Source of the DNA: Synergistales bacterium | GTDB lineage: Bacteria; Synergistota; Synergistia; Synergistales; JAFGMB01 | Assembly (NCBI GenBank): GCA_963666205.1 | Contig: OY762654.1 | Span: forward strand, 736,001-800,000 | DNA: 64,000 nt | Reading direction: 5' to 3' | Shown here: positions 39,478 to 48,843 of the stretch, one piece after another | How positions within the stretch are numbered: the first letter of the stretch is position 1 | Layout: every line of letters begins with the position of its first letter | Notes under the pieces: model-generated | The model's database searches: none | The model's input: only the letters and a program-made list of their open reading frames with translations | Told to the model about the DNA's origin: nothing | Program-made: the position numbers and the translations under genes

Positions 39478-40178
39478 TGATAGAGCTCGTAAGTAAAGTA
39501 TATACGACATTACAGGGGGCTGATTTTTTAGCCCTCCTTGCAGCCTATATCTGGGGGATTTTCGGTATGCTGCTTAGCCCCTGCAGCCTTGTGACAATAC
39601 CCCTTGTGGTGGGATACATAGAATCCCAGGAAACCAGAGGCATGAAAAATGCTTTCGTTATATCCTCATGGTTCTCCCTGGGTATTTTTGTAAATGTAGC
39701 CCTTGTAGGCATAGTTATAGCTTCCGCAGGAAGCCTTTTATCAGAGGTTGGCAGATACTCCAATTATTTTGTAGCGACTGTCTTTTTCCTCTTCGGTCTT
39801 CACCTTCTCGAAGTGATAGATATGCCCTGGTTCAAACAGGTCGGGATGAAGGAATACAAACATAAAGGCCCTCTTGGGGCTCTTCTGCTTGGGGCTCTTT
39901 CCGGGATGGCCATTGGTCCATGCGCATTTGCATACCTGGCACCCATGCTGGTGATAGCGATGAAAGCCGCTACGATCAATCCCTATTTTGGTCTATTGCT
40001 GGTTTTGATGTATGCTCTTGGAAACTGCACCGTTCTGGTTACAGCCGGAACTTCTGTCGGTTTTGTATCAGGATTCATGGAGCTTGATGAAAAATCCAGG
40101 TTTACCCTCGTAATGAATTACGTTTTTGGAGTGATCCTTCTTGTCACTGGTTTACTCCTTATCTACAAAGCCCCATGA
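39477..40178 (+). CDS. ccdA: CcdA/DsbD-type transmembrane thiol-disulfide electron transporter
   Basis: LSPC and GPC motifs, about six TM helices; translationally coupled to the thioredoxin. Confidence 0.88.
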   Translation: MIELVSKVYTTLQGADFLALLAAYIWGIFGMLLSPCSLVTIPLVVGYIESQETRGMKNAFVISSWFSLGIFVNVALVGIVIASAGSLLSEVGRYSNYFVATVFFLFGLHLLEVIDMPWFKQVGMKEYKHKGPLGALLLGALSGMAIGPCAFAYLAPMLVIAMKAATINPYFGLLLVLMYALGNCTVLVTAGTSVGFVSGFMELDEKSRFTLVMNYVFGVILLVTGLLLIYKAP

Positions 40179-40196
40179 TAAGGATCGGATGAAATA

Positions 40197-40733
40197 ATGG
40201 ATTTCACGAATCTGGTTAAACATAGATACAGCGTCCGAAAATACATCCACAGAGAAGTACCCAAAGAAATGATTGAGAAATGCATAGAAGCAGCACAGCT
40301 TGCACCTTCTGCCTGTAATTCCCAACCGTGGTTCTTTATGATATCCATGGGATTCGAAAAAAGCATACCCCTGGCAGAAAGAGCATTTTCCGGAGCTTTT
40401 TCCATGAACTCCTTTGCCAGAACAGCACCGGTGATAATCACAGTTATAACTGAACCATCAAAATATACGGCAAAACTTGGAGGCCTTTTCAGAGGAGTCC
40501 AGTTCAGTCTTCTGGATATAGGGATCGCATGTGAACATATTTCTCTTCAGGCAACAGAAATGGGTTTGGGTACATGCTGGTTTGGCTGGTTCAATGAAGG
40601 GGCAGTAAAAAAACAGCTGGGACTCAAAGGGGACATAAAGATCGATCTTATGATAAGCCTGGGATATCCGGCTTCTGACAATATTCCGCCAAAGTACAGA
40701 AAAGAACTGGATATGATAAGGAAATACGTATAG
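40197..40733 (+). CDS. Nitroreductase family protein
   Basis: RYSVRKY, APSACNSQPW, LQATEMGLGTCW.G, LGYP. Confidence 0.92.
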   Translation: MDFTNLVKHRYSVRKYIHREVPKEMIEKCIEAAQLAPSACNSQPWFFMISMGFEKSIPLAERAFSGAFSMNSFARTAPVIITVITEPSKYTAKLGGLFRGVQFSLLDIGIACEHISLQATEMGLGTCWFGWFNEGAVKKQLGLKGDIKIDLMISLGYPASDNIPPKYRKELDMIRKYV

Positions 40734-40775
40734 GTATGAAGAATAAAGCTTTTCCTGAAAAACATCGCAAATAAG

Positions 40776-40804
40776 TTGACAAAAAGAAGTAACTCTTTTA
40801 TAAT
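40776..40804 (+). promoter_or_regulatory. Consensus sigma70 promoter of the T-box/dap operon
   Basis: TTGACA-17 nt-TATAAT. Confidence 0.85.
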
Positions 40805-40849
40805 TTCCGGAAATTGAATTATGTATCTTGTCAGTTATTAAAGACTACC

Positions 40850-41111
40850 AAAAGCGAAGAAGCAGGGCGCTTGAAAGAGAATAAACATCGACAGAGAGGG
40901 ATGCTCACCGGCTGAAAGGTATTCCCGATGTTATCTGAAGGCCTAAAACCTGTGGAGCTGGTTCTGAAAGGGATTCCAGAGTCCCGGAGTAAGATCCCGG
41001 TTCAGCCTCCGTTAAAGGGCTCAAAGCGGAATTTCTGATCCTTCGGAAATTCAAGTCGGGTGGTACCGCGAGTTTATCCAGGCTCGTCCCTTCACAGGGA
41101 CGAGCCTTTTT
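40850..41111 (+). ncRNA. T-box riboswitch copy 1, probable Lys (AAA) specifier
   Basis: GA motif, AGAGA and GCTGA distal motifs, AAA-A before the CCTG base of stem I, CCGTTA, GGGTGGTACCGCG, terminator AGGCTCGTCCC...GGGACGAGCCTTTTT. Confidence 0.92.
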
Positions 41112-41383
41112 AGTAATAATAGGAAAAGCGAAGAAGCAGGGCGCTTGAAAGAGAATAAACATCGACAGAGAGGGATGCTCACCGGCTGAAAGGTATTCCC
41201 GATGTTATCTGAAGGCCTAAAACCTGTGGAGCTGGTTCTGAAAGGGATTCCAGAGTCCCGGAGTAAGATCCCGGTTCAGCCTCCGTTAAAGGGCTCAAAG
41301 CGGAATTTCTGATCCTTCGGAAATTCAAGTCGGGTGGTACCGCGAGTTTTTCCAGGCTCGTCCCTTCACAGGGACGGGCCTTT
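40850..41383 (+). repeat. 260-nt direct repeat, period 274
   Basis: 40850-41109 versus 41124-41383; differences 41076A/41350T and 41103A/41377G. Confidence 0.95.
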
Positions 41384-41389
41384 ATTTTT
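41124..41389 (+). ncRNA. T-box riboswitch copy 2
   Basis: Same elements 274 nt downstream; two substitutions over 260 nt; ends just before the asd SD. Confidence 0.92.
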
Positions 41390-41407
41390 ATAAGGAGCTG
41401 ATGAATT

Positions 41408-42382
41408 ATGAGAATAGCAGTGGCAGGTGCAACGGGAGAAGTGGGCAGGATGATGTCGCAGGTTCTTCAGGAGATGGACATAATCCCTTCACAAATTGAT
41501 TTCCTGGCCTCAGCCCGCTCTGAAGGAAAGGAAATCCTCTTTAATAACAAGAATTACCGGGTTAAGGAATTGACGGAAGAGATCCTGAGGGAAGGTTTTG
41601 ACTATGTACTCTTTTCAGCCGGAGGATCAGCATCAAGTAGATTTGCACCGATTGCAGCGAGAGCCGGGGCTGTAGTCATCGATAATTCCTCCGCTTTTAG
41701 AATGGATCAGAATATTCCCCTGGTAGTTCCTGAAATAAACGGGAATCTGCTTGGGGGATACAGGGGGATTGTTGCAAATCCTAACTGCTCCACCATACAG
41801 ATGGTCCTTTCTCTTTACAGGATCCATGAAAGATTCGGTATAAGAACAGTAGTCGTAAGCACCTATCAGGCAGTTTCCGGAGCGGGAAGAAAGGGAATAA
41901 ATGAGCTGGAATTACAGGAAAAGGGTAATATAGAACCATCTGCATTCATTAAGCAGATCCATAGAAACCTTGTGCCACAGATAGGAGACATCACGACAGA
42001 CGGTTTCAGCACAGAAGAAATGAAAATGGTAGATGAAACACGCAAGATCCTTGATGACAGTAACATTTCAATATGGCCCACTACTATAAGGGTTCCCGTT
42101 GAATATGGACATTCAGAATCGATCTTTGTAGAAACCCGTGAACCCTTTGGACTTGGAGAAATACATGAGGCCTTAAGAGATAGTGAAGATGTTGTCCTTT
42201 CCGAAGAAATGATAACTCCTCTGGAGGTAGCGGGAACAGATATGACCTACGTATCAAGGGTAAGAACATTTGACGACAGAAGGTTCCTGATGTGGAATAT
42301 TGCTGATAACATAAGAGTAGGTGCGGCTACCAATGCAGTCAGGATACTAAAAGAACATCTTCGACTCAATAATCCTGCATAG
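41408..42382 (+). CDS. asd: Aspartate-semialdehyde dehydrogenase
   Basis: GATGEVG, DNSSAFR, NPNCSTIQ, YQAVSGAG, DNIRVGAA.N. Confidence 0.95.
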   Translation: MRIAVAGATGEVGRMMSQVLQEMDIIPSQIDFLASARSEGKEILFNNKNYRVKELTEEILREGFDYVLFSAGGSASSRFAPIAARAGAVVIDNSSAFRMDQNIPLVVPEINGNLLGGYRGIVANPNCSTIQMVLSLYRIHERFGIRTVVVSTYQAVSGAGRKGINELELQEKGNIEPSAFIKQIHRNLVPQIGDITTDGFSTEEMKMVDETRKILDDSNISIWPTTIRVPVEYGHSESIFVETREPFGLGEIHEALRDSEDVVLSEEMITPLEVAGTDMTYVSRVRTFDDRRFLMWNIADNIRVGAATNAVRILKEHLRLNNPA

Positions 42383-42436
42383 CTGAATGTCCCATCAGGA
42401 AATTACTGGTTAAATTGAGAAAAGGAGGAAAAATCA

Positions 42437-43321
42437 ATGTTCAGAGGAACAGGAACTGCTATCGTAACTCCCTTCAAGGGGTCAGAAGTTGATTTTGCAA
42501 ACATGGAGAGATTCATTAATTTCCAGATCGGAAATGGTGTAAATGCACTTATCGTTCTTGGTACAACAGGCGAAGCTCCCTCAATTACCACATCAGAGAG
42601 AACGGATATAATCTCCTTTGCAGTTAAAACAGCCGCAAAAAGAGTTCCCGTTATAGTGGGAACTGGATCTAATTCGACAAATCATACCATCGAAATGTCC
42701 GGACAGGCCCTGGATCTGGGTGCAGATGGAGTGCTGGTAGTCACTCCCTATTATAATAAGCCCACCCAGGAAGGCCTTTTCCAGCATTACAGGGAAGTAG
42801 CAAAAAACATAAAGGGCCCTCTCATCATTTATAACGTCCCCGGAAGGACCGGCAGTAATATCCTTCCGGATACAGTGGTCAGATGCTCGGAGATCGATAA
42901 TATTGTTGCAGTAAAGGAAGCTTCCGGGGATATGATCCAGGTAGATCTCCTGATACGGAAGGTCAGAAAGATCAGACCTGATTTCCGGATTTTTTCAGGG
43001 AATGACGATCAGGCATTCCACCTGGTCTGCAGCGGAGGTGACGGAGTAATATCAGTCCTTTCAAATGTTATGCCCGCTGAAACTTCCGCAATGATAAACG
43101 CGACCCTTGAAGGTGACATTAAAACAGGAAGAGAACTGCATATGGAACTCTTCCCGCTGATGAGAGATCTTTTTGTTGAAACAAACCCTATACCTGTCAA
43201 ATATGCAGTGAGCCGTCTTGGATTCTGTGAAAATATACTGAGACTCCCCCTTGTTCCTGCATCTGGGACAGCTATGGAAAAAATCGAAACAGCTATGACC
43301 GAGTGTGGTGTTTCAAGGTGA
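42437..43321 (+). CDS. dapA: 4-hydroxy-tetrahydrodipicolinate synthase
   Basis: [35 protein letters not shown]. Confidence 0.95.
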   Translation: MFRGTGTAIVTPFKGSEVDFANMERFINFQIGNGVNALIVLGTTGEAPSITTSERTDIISFAVKTAAKRVPVIVGTGSNSTNHTIEMSGQALDLGADGVLVVTPYYNKPTQEGLFQHYREVAKNIKGPLIIYNVPGRTGSNILPDTVVRCSEIDNIVAVKEASGDMIQVDLLIRKVRKIRPDFRIFSGNDDQAFHLVCSGGDGVISVLSNVMPAETSAMINATLEGDIKTGRELHMELFPLMRDLFVETNPIPVKYAVSRLGFCENILRLPLVPASGTAMEKIETAMTECGVSR

Positions 43322-43968
43322 AATACGGCCTGATAGGTTCATCGGGAAGGATGGGACTTGAAATTCAGTCTGTTTTTACAAAACATGTGTTAAGCCTTAC
43401 ATTGGATGAAGAAAAAGAATGGCTGGGCGGACCACCAGATGTTATTGTAGATTTTTCTTCTTCTAATGTAACGCCGAGAACAATTGAGCTATGCCGCGAA
43501 CACAATTCAGGACTGGTTATTGGAACCACGGCCCTTTCCGGAGAACAAATTGAAATGCTGAGGGAATTGGGGGAAACAGTCCCTGTGGTTCAGAGCTTCA
43601 ATTTTTCCATGGGTATCAATATTTTAAAGATGATCATCCGGGAATTTTCCCCTTATCTCCAGAATTGGGACATTGAAATGATAGAAAGTCATCATGTAAA
43701 GAAAAAGGATGCACCCTCGGGAACAGCTATTCTTCTCAGGGATGCAACAGGCAGAGATTGCAATATTTCTTCCCTCAGACTTGGGGGGGTCCCGGGAGAT
43801 CACTCTCTCCTTTTTGCCAATGAGGGTGAGGTTATTGAATTCTCTCACAGGGCTATCTCCAGGAGAGTTTTTGCCCTTGGAGCACTTAAAGCCGCAGAAT
43901 TCGTAAGCGAGAGAGAACGGGGATTCTATTCTTTTGAGGAGGTTCTTTCATGCGAGCTGAAGAAATAA
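43318..43968 (+). CDS. dapB: 4-hydroxy-tetrahydrodipicolinate reductase
   Basis: [28 protein letters not shown] overlap with dapA. Confidence 0.93.
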   Translation: MKYGLIGSSGRMGLEIQSVFTKHVLSLTLDEEKEWLGGPPDVIVDFSSSNVTPRTIELCREHNSGLVIGTTALSGEQIEMLRELGETVPVVQSFNFSMGINILKMIIREFSPYLQNWDIEMIESHHVKKKDAPSGTAILLRDATGRDCNISSLRLGGVPGDHSLLFANEGEVIEFSHRAISRRVFALGALKAAEFVSERERGFYSFEEVLSCELKK

Positions 43969-44648
43969 TCAGGATGATAAGCGAAGCAGAAAAAAAGACA
44001 CCTGCAAGGGCCTTCATCCAGGGAAACCTGAAAGAAATAGACTGGAATGAACTGAATTTTCTGGGTACGGAGAAATTCGGCCTTCTGACCGGCGATTATC
44101 AGGAAATATCATCCTTTCTGGTAAAATTTTCTGATTTCATCGATAAAGTGGACATCCAGGTGCAAGCCAGGAATTCAGCTCTTCCCCTTGCCGATCTGAC
44201 TAGGTATGAGGCCCGCATTGAACCGGGTGCGATCATAAGAGATATGGTAGAAATAGGTAAGGGTGCTGTAATAATGATGGGAGCAGTCATAAATATCGGG
44301 TGCGTCATTGGGGAAGGTACCATGATCGACATGAATGCTGTCCTGGGCGGTAGAGCAATAATAGGCAGCAACTGTCACATAGGTGCCGGTGCTGTTGTGG
44401 CAGGCGTAATAGAGCCTCCCAGCGCTCAGCCTGCGGTGATAGAAGATAATGTTCTCGTTGGGGCCAATGCCGTGATACTTGAGGGTATCAGGGTTAAAAG
44501 GGGTTCTGTCGTTGCTGCCGGAGCCATAGTAACAAGAGATGTTCCGGAATACAGTGTGGTGGCAGGTTCACCGGCAAAAGTAATCAAAGAGGTCGATGCA
44601 AAGACTTCAGATAAAACACAGATAGTCAAAGACCTTAGAAATCTTTAA
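43950..44648 (+). CDS. dapH: Tetrahydrodipicolinate N-acetyltransferase
   Basis: [21 protein letters not shown], hexapeptide repeats, GVIEPPSA. Confidence 0.9.
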   Translation: MRAEEIIRMISEAEKKTPARAFIQGNLKEIDWNELNFLGTEKFGLLTGDYQEISSFLVKFSDFIDKVDIQVQARNSALPLADLTRYEARIEPGAIIRDMVEIGKGAVIMMGAVINIGCVIGEGTMIDMNAVLGGRAIIGSNCHIGAGAVVAGVIEPPSAQPAVIEDNVLVGANAVILEGIRVKRGSVVAAGAIVTRDVPEYSVVAGSPAKVIKEVDAKTSDKTQIVKDLRNL

Positions 44649-44663
44649 TCTCAATATCGCTTC

Positions 44664-44689
44664 GCTGGAGGCCGGATACGGCCTCCAGC
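44664..44689 (+). other. Intercistronic GC-rich hairpin between dapH and lysC
   Basis: GCTGGAGGCCG-GATA-CGGCCTCCAGC; no U tract on the + strand. Confidence 0.55.
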
Positions 44690-44710
44690 AAACAGACCAA
44701 GAGGTGGTTC

Positions 44711-45925
44711 TTGTTGATTGTCCAGAAGTATGGCGGATCTTCAATGGCAACTCCTGATAAGATCCGTAATATAGCAGAAAAGATAAAAGTAAGGGTTCAA
44801 CAGGGAGAAAAACTTGTAGTTGTTGTATCAGCAATGGGTAAGACAACTAATCAGCTGATCGATCTTGCATATTCCATATCAGGAAACCCCAAGGAAAGAG
44901 AGATGGACATGCTGCTATCCACTGGAGAGCAGGTTTCTGCTTCTCTTTTATCAATGGCTCTGAACGGGACTGGCGTCCCTGCCATATCATATAATGCTTT
45001 TCAACTTGAAATGGTCACTACTAAAACCCATAATAACGCCAGGATCAAAGATCTTAAGCTCTCAAAGCTACAACGGGAACTTGAAATACACGACGTTGTA
45101 GTAGTCACAGGATTCCAGGGTATTACTGACGAAGGCCAGATAACAACTCTCGGCAGGGGGGGGTCTGATACCTCGGCTGTAGCAATTGCAGCAAAAATGG
45201 GCTCTTCATGCGAGATCTACAGTGATGTAGCTGGAGTATACAGCTGTGACCCACGGGTTGAGCCCTCAGCTCGCAAACTTGAATATATAACCTATGATGA
45301 AATGCTGGAACTGGCTTCATCCGGAGCCAGAGTCCTCCATTCCAGGGCTGTAGAGATAGCGAAGAAATATTCCGTGAAAACGTATTGTGCATCAACATTT
45401 TCAGAAGAAAGGGGGACTTACCTGGTGAACAATATACCAGAATGGCTAGAGCAACCCGTTGTTACAGGAATAACTACAGACCCCAACCAGATGAAGGTGA
45501 CCCTGAGTAATATTCCCAACGATACCGGCCTTATCAGCCGGATATTTATCGATCTTGCTGCGAATGAAGTCAATGTGGATATGATATCGGCAGTCAACGA
45601 TAACGGGCATTCTCACCTGACCTTCACCTTTGTTTCCGGTAACTACGAAATTGTCCGAAAAACTCTCAATGAGACCCTTAGAGGTATAGAAGGATGGAAA
45701 TTCGGTACAAATGAGGATGTAGTGAAACTAGCCGTCGTAGGGGTTGGAATGCAGTCAACACCGGGTGTAGCCGGTAGATTCTTTGGAGCCCTCAGTAAAC
45801 ACAGAATAAAAATGCTTGCAACTACTACCTCGGAAATCAAAATATCCGTTCTGCTTCATAAGGATGAATCAGAAAAAGCAGTGAAAGTTCTTGCAGAAGA
45901 ATTCGGTTTACTGGAGGCAGATTGA
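44711..45925 (+). CDS. lysC: Aspartate kinase
   Basis: VQKYGGSS, VVSAMG.TT, TLGRGGSD, DPR, C-terminal ACT domains. Confidence 0.95.
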   Translation: MLIVQKYGGSSMATPDKIRNIAEKIKVRVQQGEKLVVVVSAMGKTTNQLIDLAYSISGNPKEREMDMLLSTGEQVSASLLSMALNGTGVPAISYNAFQLEMVTTKTHNNARIKDLKLSKLQRELEIHDVVVVTGFQGITDEGQITTLGRGGSDTSAVAIAAKMGSSCEIYSDVAGVYSCDPRVEPSARKLEYITYDEMLELASSGARVLHSRAVEIAKKYSVKTYCASTFSEERGTYLVNNIPEWLEQPVVTGITTDPNQMKVTLSNIPNDTGLISRIFIDLAANEVNVDMISAVNDNGHSHLTFTFVSGNYEIVRKTLNETLRGIEGWKFGTNEDVVKLAVVGVGMQSTPGVAGRFFGALSKHRIKMLATTTSEIKISVLLHKDESEKAVKVLAEEFGLLEAD

Positions 45926-47019
45926 TGGAGGCAAAGATATACTCTCCCTATGATCTTACCGTGGAAAAAGCCCAGGGAATACAGATCTACACCGATAAAG
46001 GAATATTTCTCGATACCTTCGCTGGTATTGGTGTATTGAACCTGGGACACTCATACCCGGAAGTAGTGGAGGCAATAGTTTCCAAGGTTAGGAAATACTC
46101 TCATCTTTCAAATTACTTTCTCGACCCTGATGTTCCAGTAATGGCTCAGACCCTTCTGAATTTAAGCGGAGGACATGGTTGTGTATATTTTTCAAACTCC
46201 GGAACTGAAGCAACGGAAGCAGCATTAAAGGCCATAAAAAAGTGCAGAAAGAAGGGGAAAATAGTATCCTTTGAGGGTAATTTCCACGGGAGAACCACAG
46301 GTGCTTTATCCATAACCCATAGTGAAAAGATAAGGTTACCCTTTGAACCCCTCCTAGCCGATACAGTATTTCTTCCTCTTGACGGAAATTCCTTACGTAA
46401 ATTTGCATCAGAAAATGCTATTTCCGGTCTCTTCCTTGAGTGTATCCAGGGTAACAGTGGAGTCCTTCCGATTCCCAATGACCTCGCCCAAACGGTCATG
46501 GAACTCCATAAAGAAAAGAAATTTGTCCTTGTAGCAGACGAAATCCAGGCCGGACTGGGACGAACAGGAAACTATTTCTCCTACCAGGGTTATGGCCTGA
46601 AACCCGATATTATTACTATAGGTAAGTCTATTGGAGGGGGCCTGCCTCTTGGAGCAACTATTTTCCTGGATTTTGCCCCTTTTGATATGGGAGACCATGG
46701 ATCAACCTTTGCACCCAACCCGATCGCAGTATCAGCTGGCATGGTTTTTCTTTCAAAACTTACCTCTGCCTTTCTGGAGAAAGTTCGGGAAAAGGGTAAA
46801 TATTTCTCAGAGGGCCTTTCGAAACTTAAGTGGGTCACGGAGGTAAGGGAAAGAGGTCTCATTATAGGAGCCGGTACGGAAGACCCTGATATGATTAAGA
46901 AAAGAGCCTTCGAAGAAAAAGTTCTTCTTAATGTCACAAGTGGGGGAATAAGATTTCTCCCTCCACTTAATATAACCTTCCAGGAAATTGACGAAATCCT
47001 TTCAAGGATAGATTTTTAA
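45925..47019 (+). CDS. ArgD-like class-III aminotransferase (probable N-acetyl-DAP aminotransferase)
   Basis: NSGTEA.EAA.K, FHGRT, DEIQAG.GRTG, GK..GGG.P, HGSTF; last gene of the dap operon. Confidence 0.8.
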   Translation: MEAKIYSPYDLTVEKAQGIQIYTDKGIFLDTFAGIGVLNLGHSYPEVVEAIVSKVRKYSHLSNYFLDPDVPVMAQTLLNLSGGHGCVYFSNSGTEATEAALKAIKKCRKKGKIVSFEGNFHGRTTGALSITHSEKIRLPFEPLLADTVFLPLDGNSLRKFASENAISGLFLECIQGNSGVLPIPNDLAQTVMELHKEKKFVLVADEIQAGLGRTGNYFSYQGYGLKPDIITIGKSIGGGLPLGATIFLDFAPFDMGDHGSTFAPNPIAVSAGMVFLSKLTSAFLEKVREKGKYFSEGLSKLKWVTEVRERGLIIGAGTEDPDMIKKRAFEEKVLLNVTSGGIRFLPPLNITFQEIDEILSRIDF

Positions 47020-47144
47020 GGGATGTCTCCGGACCTCCCTTTTTATTTCTCCCCATTCACATCATATGGATAGTATTGACTACAAAAAAATATATTGTAG
47101 ACTATGTGTAAATATAAATATTTTCCGTATGGGTTGTGTTCAAA

Positions 47145-47468
47145 ATGATAACAAGCGGATTCCCTTCTCCAGCAAACGATTTCAGAGAGAAAAAACTCGA
47201 TCTTGACGATCTTCTTATAAGCAATCCTTCTGCTACCTTTTTTCTGAAGGCTGTTGGTGAATACAGTGATATTACTGGTATTCACGAAGGAGATATTCTG
47301 ATAGTAGACCGGAGTCTTACACCGAGAGAAGGAGATCTTGTAGTTTCCTGTTCCAGAGAGAAACTGACAATAGAGTTATTTTCCCGACCATCTGCCGATC
47401 CTGCAGAATATCATATAGACTCTCTATGGGGGGTAATAGCATGGATAATACATCCCTCAAAAAGATAA
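47145..47468 (+). CDS. umuD: UmuD-like S24 protein, N-terminally truncated
   Basis: GFPSPA.D...LDL...PSATFF...GD.LIVD...WGV; upstream of umuC. Confidence 0.8.
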   Translation: MITSGFPSPANDFREKKLDLDDLLISNPSATFFLKAVGEYSDITGIHEGDILIVDRSLTPREGDLVVSCSREKLTIELFSRPSADPAEYHIDSLWGVIAWIIHPSKR

Positions 47469-48751
47469 AGGAATCCAGAAATGAAATATTTGCGCTGGTA
47501 GACTGCAATAATTTTTATGTATCCTGCGAAAGGGTTTTCAACCCAGCCATAGAAAGAAAAGCCGTAGTCGTACTCTCCAACAATGATGGCTGTGTTATAG
47601 CGCGATCCGAAGAAGCCAAGGCTCTAGGTATAAAGATGGGAGAACCTGCTTTCAGATGCAGGGGTTTCTTTGAGAAAAACGATGTTACAACCTATTCCTC
47701 CAACTACGCCCTATACGACAACATGTCTCAACGGATCATGGACATCCTGGCTGAAAGATGTCCGGAGGTGGAAGTATATTCCATCGATGAGGCTTTTCTG
47801 CGTCTTAGTACCATGTCCCGATTCAATCTTGATAAATATGCCCGGGATATCCGACAGAAGGTAAAAAGATGGACAGGAATTCCCGTTTCCATAGGAATAG
47901 GACCAACAAAAACCCTTGCTAAAGGAGCAAACGGATTGGCAAAGAGATATTCCACTTTCAATGGAGTCTGCGATCTTAGCACCCATCCGGATATAGATAA
48001 AATGCTGGAAAGAATAAACGTGGAACATATATGGGGAGTAGGTAAAACCTATTCCAGGAAACTTCTTTTTAATGGAATTTCAGATGCATGTAAACTTAAA
48101 TACGCTTCTGATGATTGGGTAAGAAAACATATGACCATAGAAGGATTGAGGACTGTATGGGAATTGAGAGGGATTTCCTGTATATCTATCAAGGACACCT
48201 TATCTCCCAGAAAACAGATCATTGTTTCGAGATCCTTTGGTAGACAGGTAAAAAAAATTGAAGAACTTGTGGAAGCGGTAACAGAATATGCCAGCAGGGC
48301 CGCCGAAAAGCTGAGAGAACAGAGATCGTATACAACACGGATATCCGTTTTCCTGCAGACAAATCCCTTCGGGAATGATCCTCAATATCATAATATTGCC
48401 ACAATAAATCTAGTAACTCCTACATCCTACACTCCCCATATAGTTACAAGATCCTGCGAAATCCTGAGCAGAATATACCGTACCGGGTACACTTATAAAA
48501 AATCAGGAGTTATCCTTTCAGGCATTATTCAGGATGACAAACTCCAGCTTGGACTCTTTGAAGAGGGCCATTCGAATGAAAAACATGAAAGACTCATGTA
48601 TGCAACTGACAAGATAAATAGAAAATACGGAAAAAACAGCATAAGACTTGCTTCAGCAGGAATTCAGCAGAATTGGACAATGCAAAGTGCTTTCAGATCC
48701 CCCTTCTACACCACAAGATGGGAAGATATACCAGTCGCCATTCTGGACTGA
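47441..48751 (+). CDS. umuC: Y-family DNA polymerase V subunit
   Basis: DCNNFYVSCE, LSNNDGC, YSIDEAF, SRSFG, SP.YTT.W. Confidence 0.95.
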   Translation: MDNTSLKKIKESRNEIFALVDCNNFYVSCERVFNPAIERKAVVVLSNNDGCVIARSEEAKALGIKMGEPAFRCRGFFEKNDVTTYSSNYALYDNMSQRIMDILAERCPEVEVYSIDEAFLRLSTMSRFNLDKYARDIRQKVKRWTGIPVSIGIGPTKTLAKGANGLAKRYSTFNGVCDLSTHPDIDKMLERINVEHIWGVGKTYSRKLLFNGISDACKLKYASDDWVRKHMTIEGLRTVWELRGISCISIKDTLSPRKQIIVSRSFGRQVKKIEELVEAVTEYASRAAEKLREQRSYTTRISVFLQTNPFGNDPQYHNIATINLVTPTSYTPHIVTRSCEILSRIYRTGYTYKKSGVILSGIIQDDKLQLGLFEEGHSNEKHERLMYATDKINRKYGKNSIRLASAGIQQNWTMQSAFRSPFYTTRWEDIPVAILD

Positions 48752-48766
48752 TGGCTCCAAAAAGCG

Positions 48767-48791
48767 GGGCCTGCCCATAACTGGCAGGCCC
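48767..48791. terminator. Hairpin between convergent umuC and ilvD
   Basis: GGGCCTGCC...GGCAGGCCC. Confidence 0.55.
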
Positions 48792-48843
48792 ATGGCAAAC
48801 AAGGAAGGGATTTTCTCTTTACTTGCTATTGAAACAGATGAGC

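Noticed and set aside
40940-40942. GGC (Gly) as T-box specifier
   Set aside because: Sits too far from the base of the specifier loop, and the UGGU bulge does not fit the U73 discriminator of tRNA-Gly; AAA fits the operon.
40850-41383. Direct repeat as CRISPR array or IS ends
   Set aside because: Two long copies with T-box architecture; no spacers, cas genes or transposase.
47041-47135. SOS box upstream of umuD
   Set aside because: No palindrome matching LexA motifs I know; cannot be supported.
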